Shown: positions 9,516 to 18,711, counted from the first letter of the stretch. The stretch is 64,000 nt of DNA from Brevundimonas sp. (GCF_004210735.1 NZ_SDZL01000002.1:16443-80442); one strand, 5' to 3'. Notes: generated by a model from the sequence alone, not told the origin. Program-made: numbers and translations.

Positions 9516-10664
9516 TCAATACAGGTCGGGATTGGAGCGCAGCGCGCCGGTCGTCGAACGGCCCCACAGCACCCGATAGACCCAGGCGGTGTAGACTAGG
9601 ATCAGCGGCAGGAAGATCGCCGTCACCACCAGCATGATGAACAGCGTCGTCTGGCTGGACGAGGCGTTCCAGACCGTCAGGCTGGACTGCGGATGGATCG
9701 AACTGGGCAGGATGAACGGGAACATCGACAGGCCGACTGTCGAGATGATCCCCACCGCCGACAGCGACGACCCGCCGAACGCCAGCGGCTCGCTGCGTCG
9801 CCACAGGCCCAGCAGCGCCGCCGCTGCGCCGAGGAAGCCCAGCACCGGCGCGATCAGCATCCACGGATAGCGGCCATAGTTGTCCAGCCAGGCGCCCGAG
9901 GCGGCCTCGACCGTCGTGCGCAGCGGGTTGGACACGCCGTTGACGTCCAGCGCGCCGGTGATGCGGAAGCCGATGTCGCCATAGGCCACGAACAAACCAC
10001 CCGCCGCGAACAGCACCAGACTGAGCAGGCCCGCGATGGTCCCGTACAGACGGGCGCGGTCGGCGACCGGCCCCCGTTCGGCCTTCAGCCCCAGCCAGGC
10101 CGCGCCGTGCAGCACCAGCATGGCGACCGACAGCAGGCCGCACAGCAGGGCGAACGGCGAGAACAGGCCCAGCAGATGCCCCTCGTAGAAGGAGCGCAGG
10201 TCGCTATCCAGACGGAAGGGCGCGCCCAGCATGACGTTGCCCACGGCCACGCCGAACACCAGCGCCGGCACGAAGCCGCTGACGAACAGGCACCAGTCCC
10301 AGAAGGTCCGCCAATGGCCGTGCGGCCGCTTGGACCGGTATTTGAACGACACCGGCCGCAGGATCAGCGCCGCCAGCACCAGGAACATCGCCAGGTAGAA
10401 GCCGGAGAAACTGACCGCATAGACGAAGGGCCAGGCGGCGAAAATCGCGCCGCCGCCCAGGATGAACCACACCTGGTTCCCCTCCCAGGTGGCGCCGACA
10501 GTATTGATCACCATGCGGCGCTCTTCATCGGTCCTGGCGACGAAGGGCAGCAGGGCGCCGACGCCCAGATCGAACCCGTCGGTCAGGGCGAAGGCGATCA
10601 GCAGCACGCCCAGCAGGCCCCACCAGATCAGGCGAAGCGTGGCGAAGTCGAGAGGAAGTTCCAT
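9516..10664 (-). CDS. cydB: cytochrome bd ubiquinol oxidase subunit II
   Basis: 382 aa polytopic membrane protein with CydB-like sequence, downstream of cydA. Confidence 0.92.
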   Translation of the reverse strand: MELPLDFATLRLIWWGLLGVLLIAFALTDGFDLGVGALLPFVARTDEERRMVINTVGATWEGNQVWFILGGGAIFAAWPFVYAVSFSGFYLAMFLVLAALILRPVSFKYRSKRPHGHWRTFWDWCLFVSGFVPALVFGVAVGNVMLGAPFRLDSDLRSFYEGHLLGLFSPFALLCGLLSVAMLVLHGAAWLGLKAERGPVADRARLYGTIAGLLSLVLFAAGGLFVAYGDIGFRITGALDVNGVSNPLRTTVEAASGAWLDNYGRYPWMLIAPVLGFLGAAAALLGLWRRSEPLAFGGSSLSAVGIISTVGLSMFPFILPSSIHPQSSLTVWNASSSQTTLFIMLVVTAIFLPLILVYTAWVYRVLWGRSTTGALRSNPDLY

Positions 10665-10689
10665 CTTCGTATGTCCTTGATCTGAGGGG

Positions 10690-12255
10690 TCAGGCGACGG
10701 CCGGGGCGCCTTCGGCGGCCAGCTGGGCGTCGGTTTCCTGTTCGGCGAACGGCCCCTTCTTGATGGCCCGCAGGATCAGCCCCACCTCGACCACGGCCAG
10801 GGCGCCGTAGAACAGGGTGAAGCCGATGATGGTGGTCCATAGCTGCGGCACGGTCAGGCTGGACGCGCCCAGGAAGGTCGGCAGGACGCCTTCCACGGCC
10901 CAGGGCTGACGCCCCACCTCGGCCAGCACCCAGCCGAACTCGATGGCGACCCACGGCAGGGGAATGGCCAGTACGGCCAGCCGCAGGAACCACCGCGTCT
11001 CGTGCTTACGCAGGGTGCACAGCACGAAGGCGGTGGCGAACAGCCCGATCATCAGGAAGCCGATCCCCGCCATGATCCGGAAGGTCCAGAACATCAGCGG
11101 CACGTTCGGCACTGTCGACCAGGCGGCCAGCTGGATCTGGTCCGGCGTGGCCAGGCGCGGATCCTCGACATAGCGCCGCAGCAGCAGGCCATAGCCCAGG
11201 TCGTTGCGGACCGGTTCGAACCGGGCGCGGGCGGCCACGTCGTTGGGATTGGCCTTCAGGTCCTCCAGCGCGTCATAGGCGACCACGCCGCGCTCGATCC
11301 GGTCCTCGGCCACCGCGACCAGCTCCAGTATGCCGATCACCGGCTTGTCGATGCTGCGGGTCGAGATCAGGCCCAGCACATAGGGAATCTTGACCTCATA
11401 ATGGGTGTGCCGGTCCTTCAGGCTGGGGATGCCAAAGGCGGTCAGGCCGGCGGGCGCCGGCTCGGTGCGCCACATGGCCTCCAGCGCGGCCAGCTTCATT
11501 TTCTGGTTGTCGGTCAGGGCGTAGCCGCTCTCGTCGCCCAGCACGACGACCGACAGCGACGAGGCCAGACCAAAGGCCGCCGCCACGGTCATCGACCGCT
11601 TGGCGAAGCCCTTGTGCTTGCCCTTCAGCAGATAGAAGGCCGAAACCCCCAGCACGAAGACCGAGGCGCAGACATAGCCGGCCGACACCGTGTGCACGAA
11701 TTTGGCCTGGGCCACCGGGTTGAACAGCACGGCCATGAAGTCCGTGACCTCCATCCGCATGGTGTCCGGATTGAAAGCGGCGCCGACCGGGTTCTGCATC
11801 CAGCCGTTGGCGATCAGGATCCACAGCGCCGACAGATTGGTGCCCAGCGCGACCATGAAGGTGACGAACAGGTGCGCGTGCGGCTTCAGCTTGTCCCAGC
11901 CGAAGAACATCAGCCCGACGAACGTCGCCTCCAGGAAGAAGGCCATCAGGCCCTCGATCGCCAGCGGGGCGCCGAAGATGTCGCCGACGTAGTGGGAATA
12001 GTAGGACCAGTTCATCCCGAACTGGAACTCCATGGTGATGCCGGTCGCGACGCCCAGGGCGAAATTGATCCCGAACAGCACGCCCCAGAACCGGGTGATG
12101 GTCCGCCAGATCGGCCGTCGGGTCATCACATAGATGCTCTCCATGATGACCAGCATGAAGGACAGGCCCAGCGTCAGGGGCACGAACAGGAAATGGTACA
12201 ACGCCGTAAGCGCGAACTGCAGACGGGACAGGTCGACGACCGCCATGTCGATCAT
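10690..12255 (-). CDS. cydA: cytochrome bd ubiquinol oxidase subunit I
   Basis: 521 aa with the typical CydA N-terminus (LSRLQFALTALYHFLFVPLTLGL) and a Q-loop region. Confidence 0.95.
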   Translation of the reverse strand: MIDMAVVDLSRLQFALTALYHFLFVPLTLGLSFMLVIMESIYVMTRRPIWRTITRFWGVLFGINFALGVATGITMEFQFGMNWSYYSHYVGDIFGAPLAIEGLMAFFLEATFVGLMFFGWDKLKPHAHLFVTFMVALGTNLSALWILIANGWMQNPVGAAFNPDTMRMEVTDFMAVLFNPVAQAKFVHTVSAGYVCASVFVLGVSAFYLLKGKHKGFAKRSMTVAAAFGLASSLSVVVLGDESGYALTDNQKMKLAALEAMWRTEPAPAGLTAFGIPSLKDRHTHYEVKIPYVLGLISTRSIDKPVIGILELVAVAEDRIERGVVAYDALEDLKANPNDVAARARFEPVRNDLGYGLLLRRYVEDPRLATPDQIQLAAWSTVPNVPLMFWTFRIMAGIGFLMIGLFATAFVLCTLRKHETRWFLRLAVLAIPLPWVAIEFGWVLAEVGRQPWAVEGVLPTFLGASSLTVPQLWTTIIGFTLFYGALAVVEVGLILRAIKKGPFAEQETDAQLAAEGAPAVA

Positions 12256-12328
12256 GGAATCAGGCTCCGATTGGCCGGGCCGTCACGACCGGGCCGTGCT
12301 GCGTTACGCGAAGCCTACACCCGCAACC

Positions 12329-12342
12329 TTGATTTCGATCAA
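12329..12342. promoter_or_regulatory. FNR/FixK-type box TTGATTTCGATCAA in the cydA/cydD divergent intergenic region
   Basis: Perfect match to the TTGAT-N4-ATCAA palindrome, about 80 nt upstream of the cydA start codon. Confidence 0.75.
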
Positions 12343-12402
12343 AGCCTTCGGTCGCAGCGACATTTAGGCCCTTGTCCATGACCCTGAGCGGCGCCTAGAC
12401 CC

Positions 12403-14025
12403 TTGTCGATGACCCCCAGCGGCGCCGCACCGATCGATCCCCGCCGATGGCTGGCCGAGACGACGCGCCCGCTGCCGGGCCGCGACGGCCAGGCGGCCGG
12501 TCTGCTGGCCATCGCCGACGCCGCGCCCGCCGTCGCCTTCGCCGCCGGTCTGGCCGGGGCCATCGCGCACCTGCCTGAAGGACTTGTCGCCATCCTGCCG
12601 TGGCTGGCGCTGGCCGTCGTCGCGCTGGCGGCGCGCGGCCTGCTGGCGTGGATGACGGCGGCGACGGGCGCGCGTGCGGCCGGGTCGGTCAAGGACGGCC
12701 TGCGCCGCCGCCTGCTGTTCGCCCTGTTCGACGGCCGCGCCGGACCAGGCGGCCTCAGCGCCGTGGTCGAGGGGGTCGAGGCGCTGGACGGCCATGTTTC
12801 GCGGTTCGAGCCCGCGCGCCGCGCCGCCGTGATCGCGCCCCTGCTGATCATCGCGGCCGCCGCCTTCGCCAGTCCGGTGGCGGCGGGCGTCATGCTGTTC
12901 ACCCTGTTGCCCTTCGCCCTGGGCATGGGGCTGGCGGGGGTCGCGGCCGCGCGCGAAAGCCGCCGCCAGTTCCAGGCGCTGGAGCGGCTGTCCGGCCTGT
13001 TCCTGGACCGCATCCGCGCCCTGCCCGCCCTGCTGGCCTTCCAGGCCCAGGACCGCGCCGCCGCGCGTCTGGCCACGGCGTCGGACGATCTGGAGCGGCG
13101 CACCGCCCGCGTGCTGCGCGTCGCCTTCCTGTCCTCGGCGGTGCTGGAGTTCTTTTCGGCCCTGTCGGTCGCGCTGGTCGCGGTCTATTGCGGCTTCAAC
13201 CTGCTGCGGCTGCTGCCCTTTCCCGTGCCCGAGCAACTGGACCTGGCCCGCGCCTTCTTCGTCCTGGCCCTGGCGCCCGAGGTCTATGCTCCGATGCGCC
13301 GGCTGGCCGCCGCCTATCATGACCGGCAGGCGGCCGAGGCCGCGGCCCCGTCGCTGGCCGCCGCGCTGAACACAGCCGCGCCCGTCCGCGTCGGCCTGGC
13401 TCCGGTCCTGACCCGCGCGCCCGCGATCCGGTTCCGCGCCGTCTCCATCGCCTATCGCCCCGACACGCCGGTTATCGCCGGGTTCGACCTGGCCATACCG
13501 CCCGGCGGTCTGGTCGCCCTGACCGGCCCCAGCGGCTCGGGCAAGAGCAGCCTGCTGCATCTGCTGCTGGGCCTCGCCCCGCTGACGGACGGCAAGGTGA
13601 TGATCGACGACCTGCGCCTGTCACAGACCGGGCCGCTGGCCGGCGTCGTCGCCTGGGCCGGTCAGGCGCCGGTGGTCGTGCCCGGAACCCTGGCCGACAA
13701 CATCGCCCTGGCCTGGCGCGAGGCGTCGTCTCATCAGGTCGTGCAGGCGGCGGTGCTGGCGGGCCTGTCCGGCGACCTGTCGCGCCCCATCGACGAGCGC
13801 GGCGGCGGCCTGTCGGGCGGCGAGCGGCGGCGGCTGGGCCTGGCCCGCGCCCTGCTGAAACCCGCGCCCATCCTGCTGCTGGACGAGCCGACGGCCAATC
13901 TGGACGCCGCGTCCGAGGCCGCCCTGCTGCCCGTCATCCGCCGCGCGGCCCAGGGGCGAACCACCCTGATCGCCACCCATTCCCCGGCCGTCATGGCCCT
14001 GGCCGACACCGTGGTGACGCTGTGA
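12403..14025 (+). CDS. cydD: thiol reductant ABC exporter subunit CydD
   Basis: 540 aa ABC transporter (TM domain plus NBD with Walker A GPSGSGKSS and signature LSGGERRR). Divergent from cydAB and followed by cydC. Confidence 0.85.
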   Translation: MSMTPSGAAPIDPRRWLAETTRPLPGRDGQAAGLLAIADAAPAVAFAAGLAGAIAHLPEGLVAILPWLALAVVALAARGLLAWMTAATGARAAGSVKDGLRRRLLFALFDGRAGPGGLSAVVEGVEALDGHVSRFEPARRAAVIAPLLIIAAAAFASPVAAGVMLFTLLPFALGMGLAGVAAARESRRQFQALERLSGLFLDRIRALPALLAFQAQDRAAARLATASDDLERRTARVLRVAFLSSAVLEFFSALSVALVAVYCGFNLLRLLPFPVPEQLDLARAFFVLALAPEVYAPMRRLAAAYHDRQAAEAAAPSLAAALNTAAPVRVGLAPVLTRAPAIRFRAVSIAYRPDTPVIAGFDLAIPPGGLVALTGPSGSGKSSLLHLLLGLAPLTDGKVMIDDLRLSQTGPLAGVVAWAGQAPVVVPGTLADNIALAWREASSHQVVQAAVLAGLSGDLSRPIDERGGGLSGGERRRLGLARALLKPAPILLLDEPTANLDAASEAALLPVIRRAAQGRTTLIATHSPAVMALADTVVTL

Positions 14026-15641
14026 GCAGCGCCTTCGACGCCCTGCTGGCCCAGCAGCGCCGTCGCCAGCGCGACCGGCTGCTGGCCGCCGCCGTCCTGG
14101 GCGCCCTGGTGTCCGCCGCCGCCGTCTGCCTGCTGGGGCTGTCGGGCTGGTTCATCACCGGCGCGGCCATCGCGGGCGTGGCGGGCGGGGCGACGCTGCA
14201 GGCGTTCAACTATCTGGTCCCCAGCGCGGGCATCCGCTTCCTGGCCATCGTTCGCACCGCCGCGCGCTATGGCGAGCGGGTCACCGGCCACGAGGCGGCG
14301 CTCAAGGCGCTGGCCGCCCTGCGCCCCGCCCTGTTCCGCGCCATCGCCGCCGCCCCCGTCTCGCGTGCGCTCTCGTTGTCGGGCGGCGAGGCCTCGGCCC
14401 GGATGGTCCAGGATATCGACGCGGTCCAGACCCTGTTCGTCCGCCTGTCGGCGCCGTGGAGCGCGGGCGCGGGTCTGCTGGCCGCCCTGGTCCTGGCGTC
14501 CCTGGCGGGCGGGGTGGCGGCCCTGACCGTCGTCGCCGCCGTGATCGCGGCCGTCATCGCCGCCGCCCTGATCGCCGCGCGCCTGGCGGCCCCGGCCGGG
14601 CGCCGCACCCAGGTCGCCATGGGCGCGCTGAAAGATGATCTGAGCGCGCTTCAGGCCGCCGCGCCCGAACTGCGCGCCTATGGCTTGCAGGACTGGGCGG
14701 TCGAACGCGCCGCCGCGCGGGGCCGCGATCTGGACGACGCCGTCGCCGCCGGCGCCCGCGCGGGCGGCTGGATCGCCGCCTCGCAAAGCCTGCTGACCGG
14801 ACTGGCTGTCGCCGGGGTGCTGGTCGCTGGCGTCGGCGCGCCCTTGCCGCTGGCGGCGCTGGCCGCGCTGGCCGCCGTCACGGCGGTCGAGGCGGGGGCC
14901 TCCCTGGCCAACGCCCTGCGCCAGAACGGTCAGGCGAAGGAGGCCGTGGCCCGCCTGTCGCCCCTGTTCGACGCCCCGCCCGCCCCGGCCCGCGCGGCGC
15001 CCGCCGACGCGACGATCCGGCTGGGCGATCTGCGCCTGTCGCCGCCCGCGCGGCTGGCCCTCGGCGGCCATTCGGGCGCGGGCAAGACGACCCTGATCGA
15101 ACGGCTTCTGGCCCTGCGCGATGCGGTGGCGAATGAGGCGTCGCTGGGCGGTCATGATCTGACCGGCGTCGATCCCGCCGGCGCCCGCGCCCTGTTCGCC
15201 TATGCGTCGCAGGACATCCGCCTGCTGGCCGGGACGGTGCGCGACAACCTGGCCCTGGCCGACCCCGCTGTGACCGACGACGCGCTATGGACCGTGCTTG
15301 AAACCGTCGATCTGGCCGACCGCATCCGCGCCGACCCGCGCGGCCTGGACGCCTGGCTGGGCGAGAATGGCGACACCCTGTCGGGCGGCGAGCGCCGCCG
15401 CCTGAACCTGGCCCGCGCCCTGCTGCGTCCCGCGCCCTGGCTGGTGCTGGACGAACCGACCGAGGGGCTGGACGCGGCGACCGAAGCGCGCGTCCTAGCC
15501 GGCCTGTCCGCCCACCTGGCCCGATCGGCTCAGGGCCTCATCCTGATCAGCCATCGCCCCGCGCCGCTGGCCCTGTGCGATCGCCGGATCGAGGCGACGG
15601 GCGTGGCCGCAGACGGCCGGGTGACGCTGAGGTCGCTCTAG
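14022..15641 (+). CDS. cydC: thiol reductant ABC exporter subunit CydC
   Basis: 539 aa ABC transporter (GHSGAGKTT, LSGGERRR); start overlaps the cydD stop. Confidence 0.85.
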   Translation: MSSAFDALLAQQRRRQRDRLLAAAVLGALVSAAAVCLLGLSGWFITGAAIAGVAGGATLQAFNYLVPSAGIRFLAIVRTAARYGERVTGHEAALKALAALRPALFRAIAAAPVSRALSLSGGEASARMVQDIDAVQTLFVRLSAPWSAGAGLLAALVLASLAGGVAALTVVAAVIAAVIAAALIAARLAAPAGRRTQVAMGALKDDLSALQAAAPELRAYGLQDWAVERAAARGRDLDDAVAAGARAGGWIAASQSLLTGLAVAGVLVAGVGAPLPLAALAALAAVTAVEAGASLANALRQNGQAKEAVARLSPLFDAPPAPARAAPADATIRLGDLRLSPPARLALGGHSGAGKTTLIERLLALRDAVANEASLGGHDLTGVDPAGARALFAYASQDIRLLAGTVRDNLALADPAVTDDALWTVLETVDLADRIRADPRGLDAWLGENGDTLSGGERRRLNLARALLRPAPWLVLDEPTEGLDAATEARVLAGLSAHLARSAQGLILISHRPAPLALCDRRIEATGVAADGRVTLRSL

Positions 15642-16375
15642 GCTTCGCCGTCCGCCAGCGCGCGTAATTGCTCGGGCCGCTCGACCCGCAGCTCGTTCAT
15701 CGTCATCAGCCGCACCACGCCCTGGGTCTTCAGCTTGCCCAGCACGCGGCTGACCGTCTCGATGGTCAGGCCCAGATAGTCGGCGATCTCGGCCCGCGTC
15801 ATCGGCAGGCGGATGATGTCGGCGGGCGTCGGCCGCGCCGGGTCGTGCGAGGGCAAATCCAGCAGGAAGGAGCACAGTCGCTCCATCGCCGTCTTGCGGC
15901 CCAGCAGCAGCATCTGGTTCTGCGCCGCCGCCAGTTCGTGCGTCGCCCGGTCCAGCAGCGCGCCTTCCAGCGCCGGACAGTCGCGGATCAGGGCGCGGTA
16001 TTCCGGCCGGCGGAACCGGCACACGGTCGCCGCCTCGATCGCCTCGGCCGAAAAGGCATAGGCCTCGCCCGTCGCCAGCCCCAGGAAATCCCCCGCGAAC
16101 AGGAAGCCGGTGATCTGGCGCCGCCCGTCCGGCAACAGCTTGAACACCCGGATCGAGCCCGAGGTGACGTTGAACACATGGCCCGCCGGCTCGCCCTCGC
16201 GGATCAGCGGCTCGCCCGGCGCCAGCGTTACCGCCTCGGCCAGGTCGGTCAGTCGGTGCAGATCCTTGTCCGGAATGCTGGCGCAGACGCTCAGCGACCG
16301 CGCCCCGCAACTGCCGCAGGCGCTCTCGCGGCGGCGCCCGGCGCAATCGGGCGGCAGGGATTTCAGCGCCAGCAT
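15638..16375 (-). CDS. Crp/Fnr family transcriptional regulator, FNR-type with N-terminal Cys cluster
   Basis: 245 aa. Cys20-X2-Cys23-X7-Cys31 plus Cys119 resembles the E. coli FNR [4Fe-4S] ligand pattern. Has a cNMP-binding fold and a C-terminal HTH (RAEIADYLGLTIETVSRVL). Confidence 0.85.
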   Translation of the reverse strand: MLALKSLPPDCAGRRRESACGSCGARSLSVCASIPDKDLHRLTDLAEAVTLAPGEPLIREGEPAGHVFNVTSGSIRVFKLLPDGRRQITGFLFAGDFLGLATGEAYAFSAEAIEAATVCRFRRPEYRALIRDCPALEGALLDRATHELAAAQNQMLLLGRKTAMERLCSFLLDLPSHDPARPTPADIIRLPMTRAEIADYLGLTIETVSRVLGKLKTQGVVRLMTMNELRVERPEQLRALADGEA

Positions 16376-16440
16376 GAAGCGGTTCCGATGAATGACCCCG
16401 CCAGCATGGGCCGGGCCGGCGGGGGCGACAAGTCTTCGTC

Positions 16441-16454
16441 TTGACGCAGGTCAA
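16441..16454. promoter_or_regulatory. FNR/FixK-like box TTGACGCAGGTCAA between the fnr-type gene and ORF 16481
   Basis: TTGA-N6-TCAA core with a symmetric TTGAC/GTCAA palindrome in the divergent intergenic region. Confidence 0.55.
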
Positions 16455-16480
16455 GGCGGCCACACGCCTGCCGCCGCATC

Positions 16481-16918
16481 GTGCCTTTCATGCCGTCATC
16501 CGCCCCGCGATGCTCAAGCCTGCGCGCCCTGTCCGTCGCCGAGGTCGACACGGCCTTTGTGCTGATGCGGCTGGACACCCCGGACCTGACGCTGGACGAC
16601 TGGCGCGCCGCCGCCGTCCGCCCGGTGGCCGAAGGCCGGGTTCTGGCCGCCTGGGACGGCGCCTTGCTGAAAGGCCTGGCCTTTCACAGTCCGGCCATCG
16701 CGCCGGACGGCGAGACCCTGACCCGGATCGACCGGCTGATCGCCTTCGACATGATCGACCCGCGCGCGGTCGCCGACGCCATGGTCGCCGAACTGGCCCG
16801 GCGCGGCCTGGCCGGGGGGCGCGAGGGACTGGGCGTCGTCGCCCGCTGCGATCTGCCCGATCAGGCTGTGACCCTGGCCCTCAGCCACGGCGCCGGCAGT
16901 CTGCACCGCATCTTCTGA
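16481..16918 (+). CDS. hypothetical protein (start uncertain)
   Basis: 145 aa ORF with GC-rich third positions, flanked by FNR-type boxes; no family recognised. The overlapping 16441..17052 frame is Arg/Gly-rich junk. Confidence 0.45.
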   Translation: MPFMPSSAPRCSSLRALSVAEVDTAFVLMRLDTPDLTLDDWRAAAVRPVAEGRVLAAWDGALLKGLAFHSPAIAPDGETLTRIDRLIAFDMIDPRAVADAMVAELARRGLAGGREGLGVVARCDLPDQAVTLALSHGAGSLHRIF

Positions 16919-16921
16919 CGC

Positions 16922-16935
16922 TTGATCTCGATCAA
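16922..16935. promoter_or_regulatory. FNR/FixK-type box TTGATCTCGATCAA
   Basis: Perfect TTGAT-N4-ATCAA palindrome centred about 60 nt upstream of ATG 16989. Confidence 0.7.
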
Positions 16936-16988
16936 GGCGCACGGCGCGACCGGCCGCCACCGTGCAGGCATCAACAGGAGACATTCCC

Positions 16989-17096
16989 ATGCCCGCCTCG
17001 GCCGTGCCCTTCATCATCGCCACCATCAGCTTCTTCAGCCTGTTCATGCTGACGCTGGGCGGCGCCTGGATCGCCACCTCGCGGGACGACGAATAG
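16989..17096 (+). CDS. 35-aa hydrophobic small protein (not in the ORF track)
   Basis: AGGAGA RBS 6 nt before the ATG. Peptide is MPASAVPFIIATISFFSLFMLTLGGAWIATSRDDE, one predicted TM helix. FNR box upstream and a strong terminator downstream. Confidence 0.5.
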   Translation: MPASAVPFIIATISFFSLFMLTLGGAWIATSRDDE

Positions 17097-17115
17097 GTCA
17101 GAGCCGCAGATAGCG

Positions 17116-17146
17116 AAAAGGCCGGCTCTCACGAGCCGGCCTTTTT
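17116..17146. terminator. bidirectional rho-independent terminator
   Basis: AAAA-GGCCGGCTC-TCAC-GAGCCGGCC-TTTTT; can serve the small ORF (+) and tRNA-Val (-). Confidence 0.75.
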
Positions 17147-17196
17147 CATGCGCGACCGCCGCAAGCGACGATGGGACCGGATGTGCTGGAAGGAAA

Positions 17197-17271
17197 TGGT
17201 GGACGCGGCAGGGATTGAACCTGCGACCCCCTCGATGTCAACGAGGTGCTCTCCCGCTGAGCTACGCGTCC
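17197..17271 (-). tRNA. tRNA-Val (anticodon GAC)
   Basis: Reverse complement GGACGCGTAGCTCAGCGGGAGAGCACCTCGTTGACATCGAGGGGGTCGCAGGTTCAATCCCTGCCGCGTCCACCA folds as a cloverleaf. Anticodon loop is TTGACAT and CCA is encoded. Confidence 0.95.
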
Positions 17272-17368
17272 GCCGAAACGGCCCCTCGGTGTCCGGGGGG
17301 CGGGAAGGCGCGGTCTATAACCCGGTCAGATCAGGGACTGCAAGGGCCTTGGCTCAAGGTTTTTCACC

Positions 17369-17725
17369 TCAGGCCGCGACCATCCGTTCGACTTCGCTAA
17401 CCAGGTCGCGCAGGTGCACGGGCTTGGACAGGACCTTGGCTTGGGGCGAGGCCTGGGCGGCCGACAGGGCGACGGCGGCGAAGCCGGTGATGAACATGAT
17501 GCGCAGGCCCGGCTGGCGCGCGGCGGCCACGCGGGCGACCTCGATCCCGTCGGCGCCGGGCATGACGATGTCGGTCAGCAGCAGGTCATAGGGGCCGTGC
17601 TCCAGCGCATCGATGGCGTCATCGCCATTCTCGCAGTCGATCACCTGATGGCCGGCGCGCTCCAGCGCCCGGGTCAGGAATCCCCGCAGGGAGTCGTCGT
17701 CTTCCGCCAGCAGGATACGCGCCAT
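17369..17725 (-). CDS. cpdR: single-domain response regulator CpdR (ClpXP adaptor-type)
   Basis: 118 aa receiver domain, closely resembling Caulobacter CpdR (RILLAEDDD..., LLLTDIVMP, FITGFAAVAL, VLSKPVHLRDLVSEVERM). Confidence 0.85.
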   Translation of the reverse strand: MARILLAEDDDSLRGFLTRALERAGHQVIDCENGDDAIDALEHGPYDLLLTDIVMPGADGIEVARVAAARQPGLRIMFITGFAAVALSAAQASPQAKVLSKPVHLRDLVSEVERMVAA

Positions 17726-17853
17726 TTGCGTCCGGTCTTCCTTGTTCGAGACGCGACCCTAGGACCGGAAGCGTAAATCCGCAGTGAAAGCCGCCGTTCG
17801 CCCAGACGCTGTTCCGCGCTGCTCTTGTGGACAAAACAGGCTAAGCCGCCGTC

Positions 17854-18702
17854 ATGAACGCGCCCACCGTCGATTCCGAGGAGCCGACCTTCCAGGTCGT
17901 GACGCCGTCCGGCGCGCCGACGCCGCTGGTGTTCGCCTCGCCGCATTCGGGCGACCGCTACCCCGGCGATATGGGCATGCGGGCCGACCTGCCTCTGCTC
18001 AGCCTGCGCAGCGCCGAGGACGCCCTGGTGGATCGTCTGGTCGCGGCCGGGTCGGACCATGGCGCGCCCCTGATCCGGGGGCGGATCGGCCGGGCCTATG
18101 TCGACCTGAACCGGTCGCCCGACGATCTGGATCCTCTGTTGTTCGAGGACGCGGCCGCCCTGCCGCCGCCGGGGCCCAAGGTGGCGGCCGGCTACGGCGT
18201 CCTGCCGCGCCTGACCGGCGACGGCCTGGCCCTGTACGACCGGCGACTGACCCTGGCCGAGGCGCAGCGGCGTCTGGCCCGCGTCCACCACCCCTATCAC
18301 CACGCCCTGGCCCGGCAGATGCAGGCGGCGCACGCGCGCCACGGCCGGGCCATTCTGATCGACTGGCATTCGATGCCGTCGCGGGCGGCAGGCGGGCCGC
18401 GCGGGCCGGACGTGGTGCTGGGCGACCGGCACGGGGCGTCGTGCGGCGCGGCGCTCAGCCGCCGGCTGCGGGCCCTGTTCGAATCGCTGGGGCTGAAGGT
18501 GGCGCTGAACCGGCCCTACGCCGGCGGTTATTCGACCCAGTTGTGGGGCCGCCCCGCGGAGGGGTACGAGGCGATCCAGGTCGAACTGAGCCGGGCCCTG
18601 TATCTGGACGAGGCGACCCTGACCCCATCCGACGCCTTCGAGCGCCGACGCGCCGCCCTGACCCGTCTGATCGCCGCCCTGTGCGCGGACTTCGCAGGCT
18701 GA
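17854..18702 (+). CDS. N-formylglutamate amidohydrolase family protein
   Basis: 282 aa with FGase-family features (ASPHSG, YVDLNR, DWHSMPS), divergent from cpdR. Confidence 0.8.
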   Translation: MNAPTVDSEEPTFQVVTPSGAPTPLVFASPHSGDRYPGDMGMRADLPLLSLRSAEDALVDRLVAAGSDHGAPLIRGRIGRAYVDLNRSPDDLDPLLFEDAAALPPPGPKVAAGYGVLPRLTGDGLALYDRRLTLAEAQRRLARVHHPYHHALARQMQAAHARHGRAILIDWHSMPSRAAGGPRGPDVVLGDRHGASCGAALSRRLRALFESLGLKVALNRPYAGGYSTQLWGRPAEGYEAIQVELSRALYLDEATLTPSDAFERRRAALTRLIAALCADFAG

Positions 18703-18711
18703 TCACCGGCC

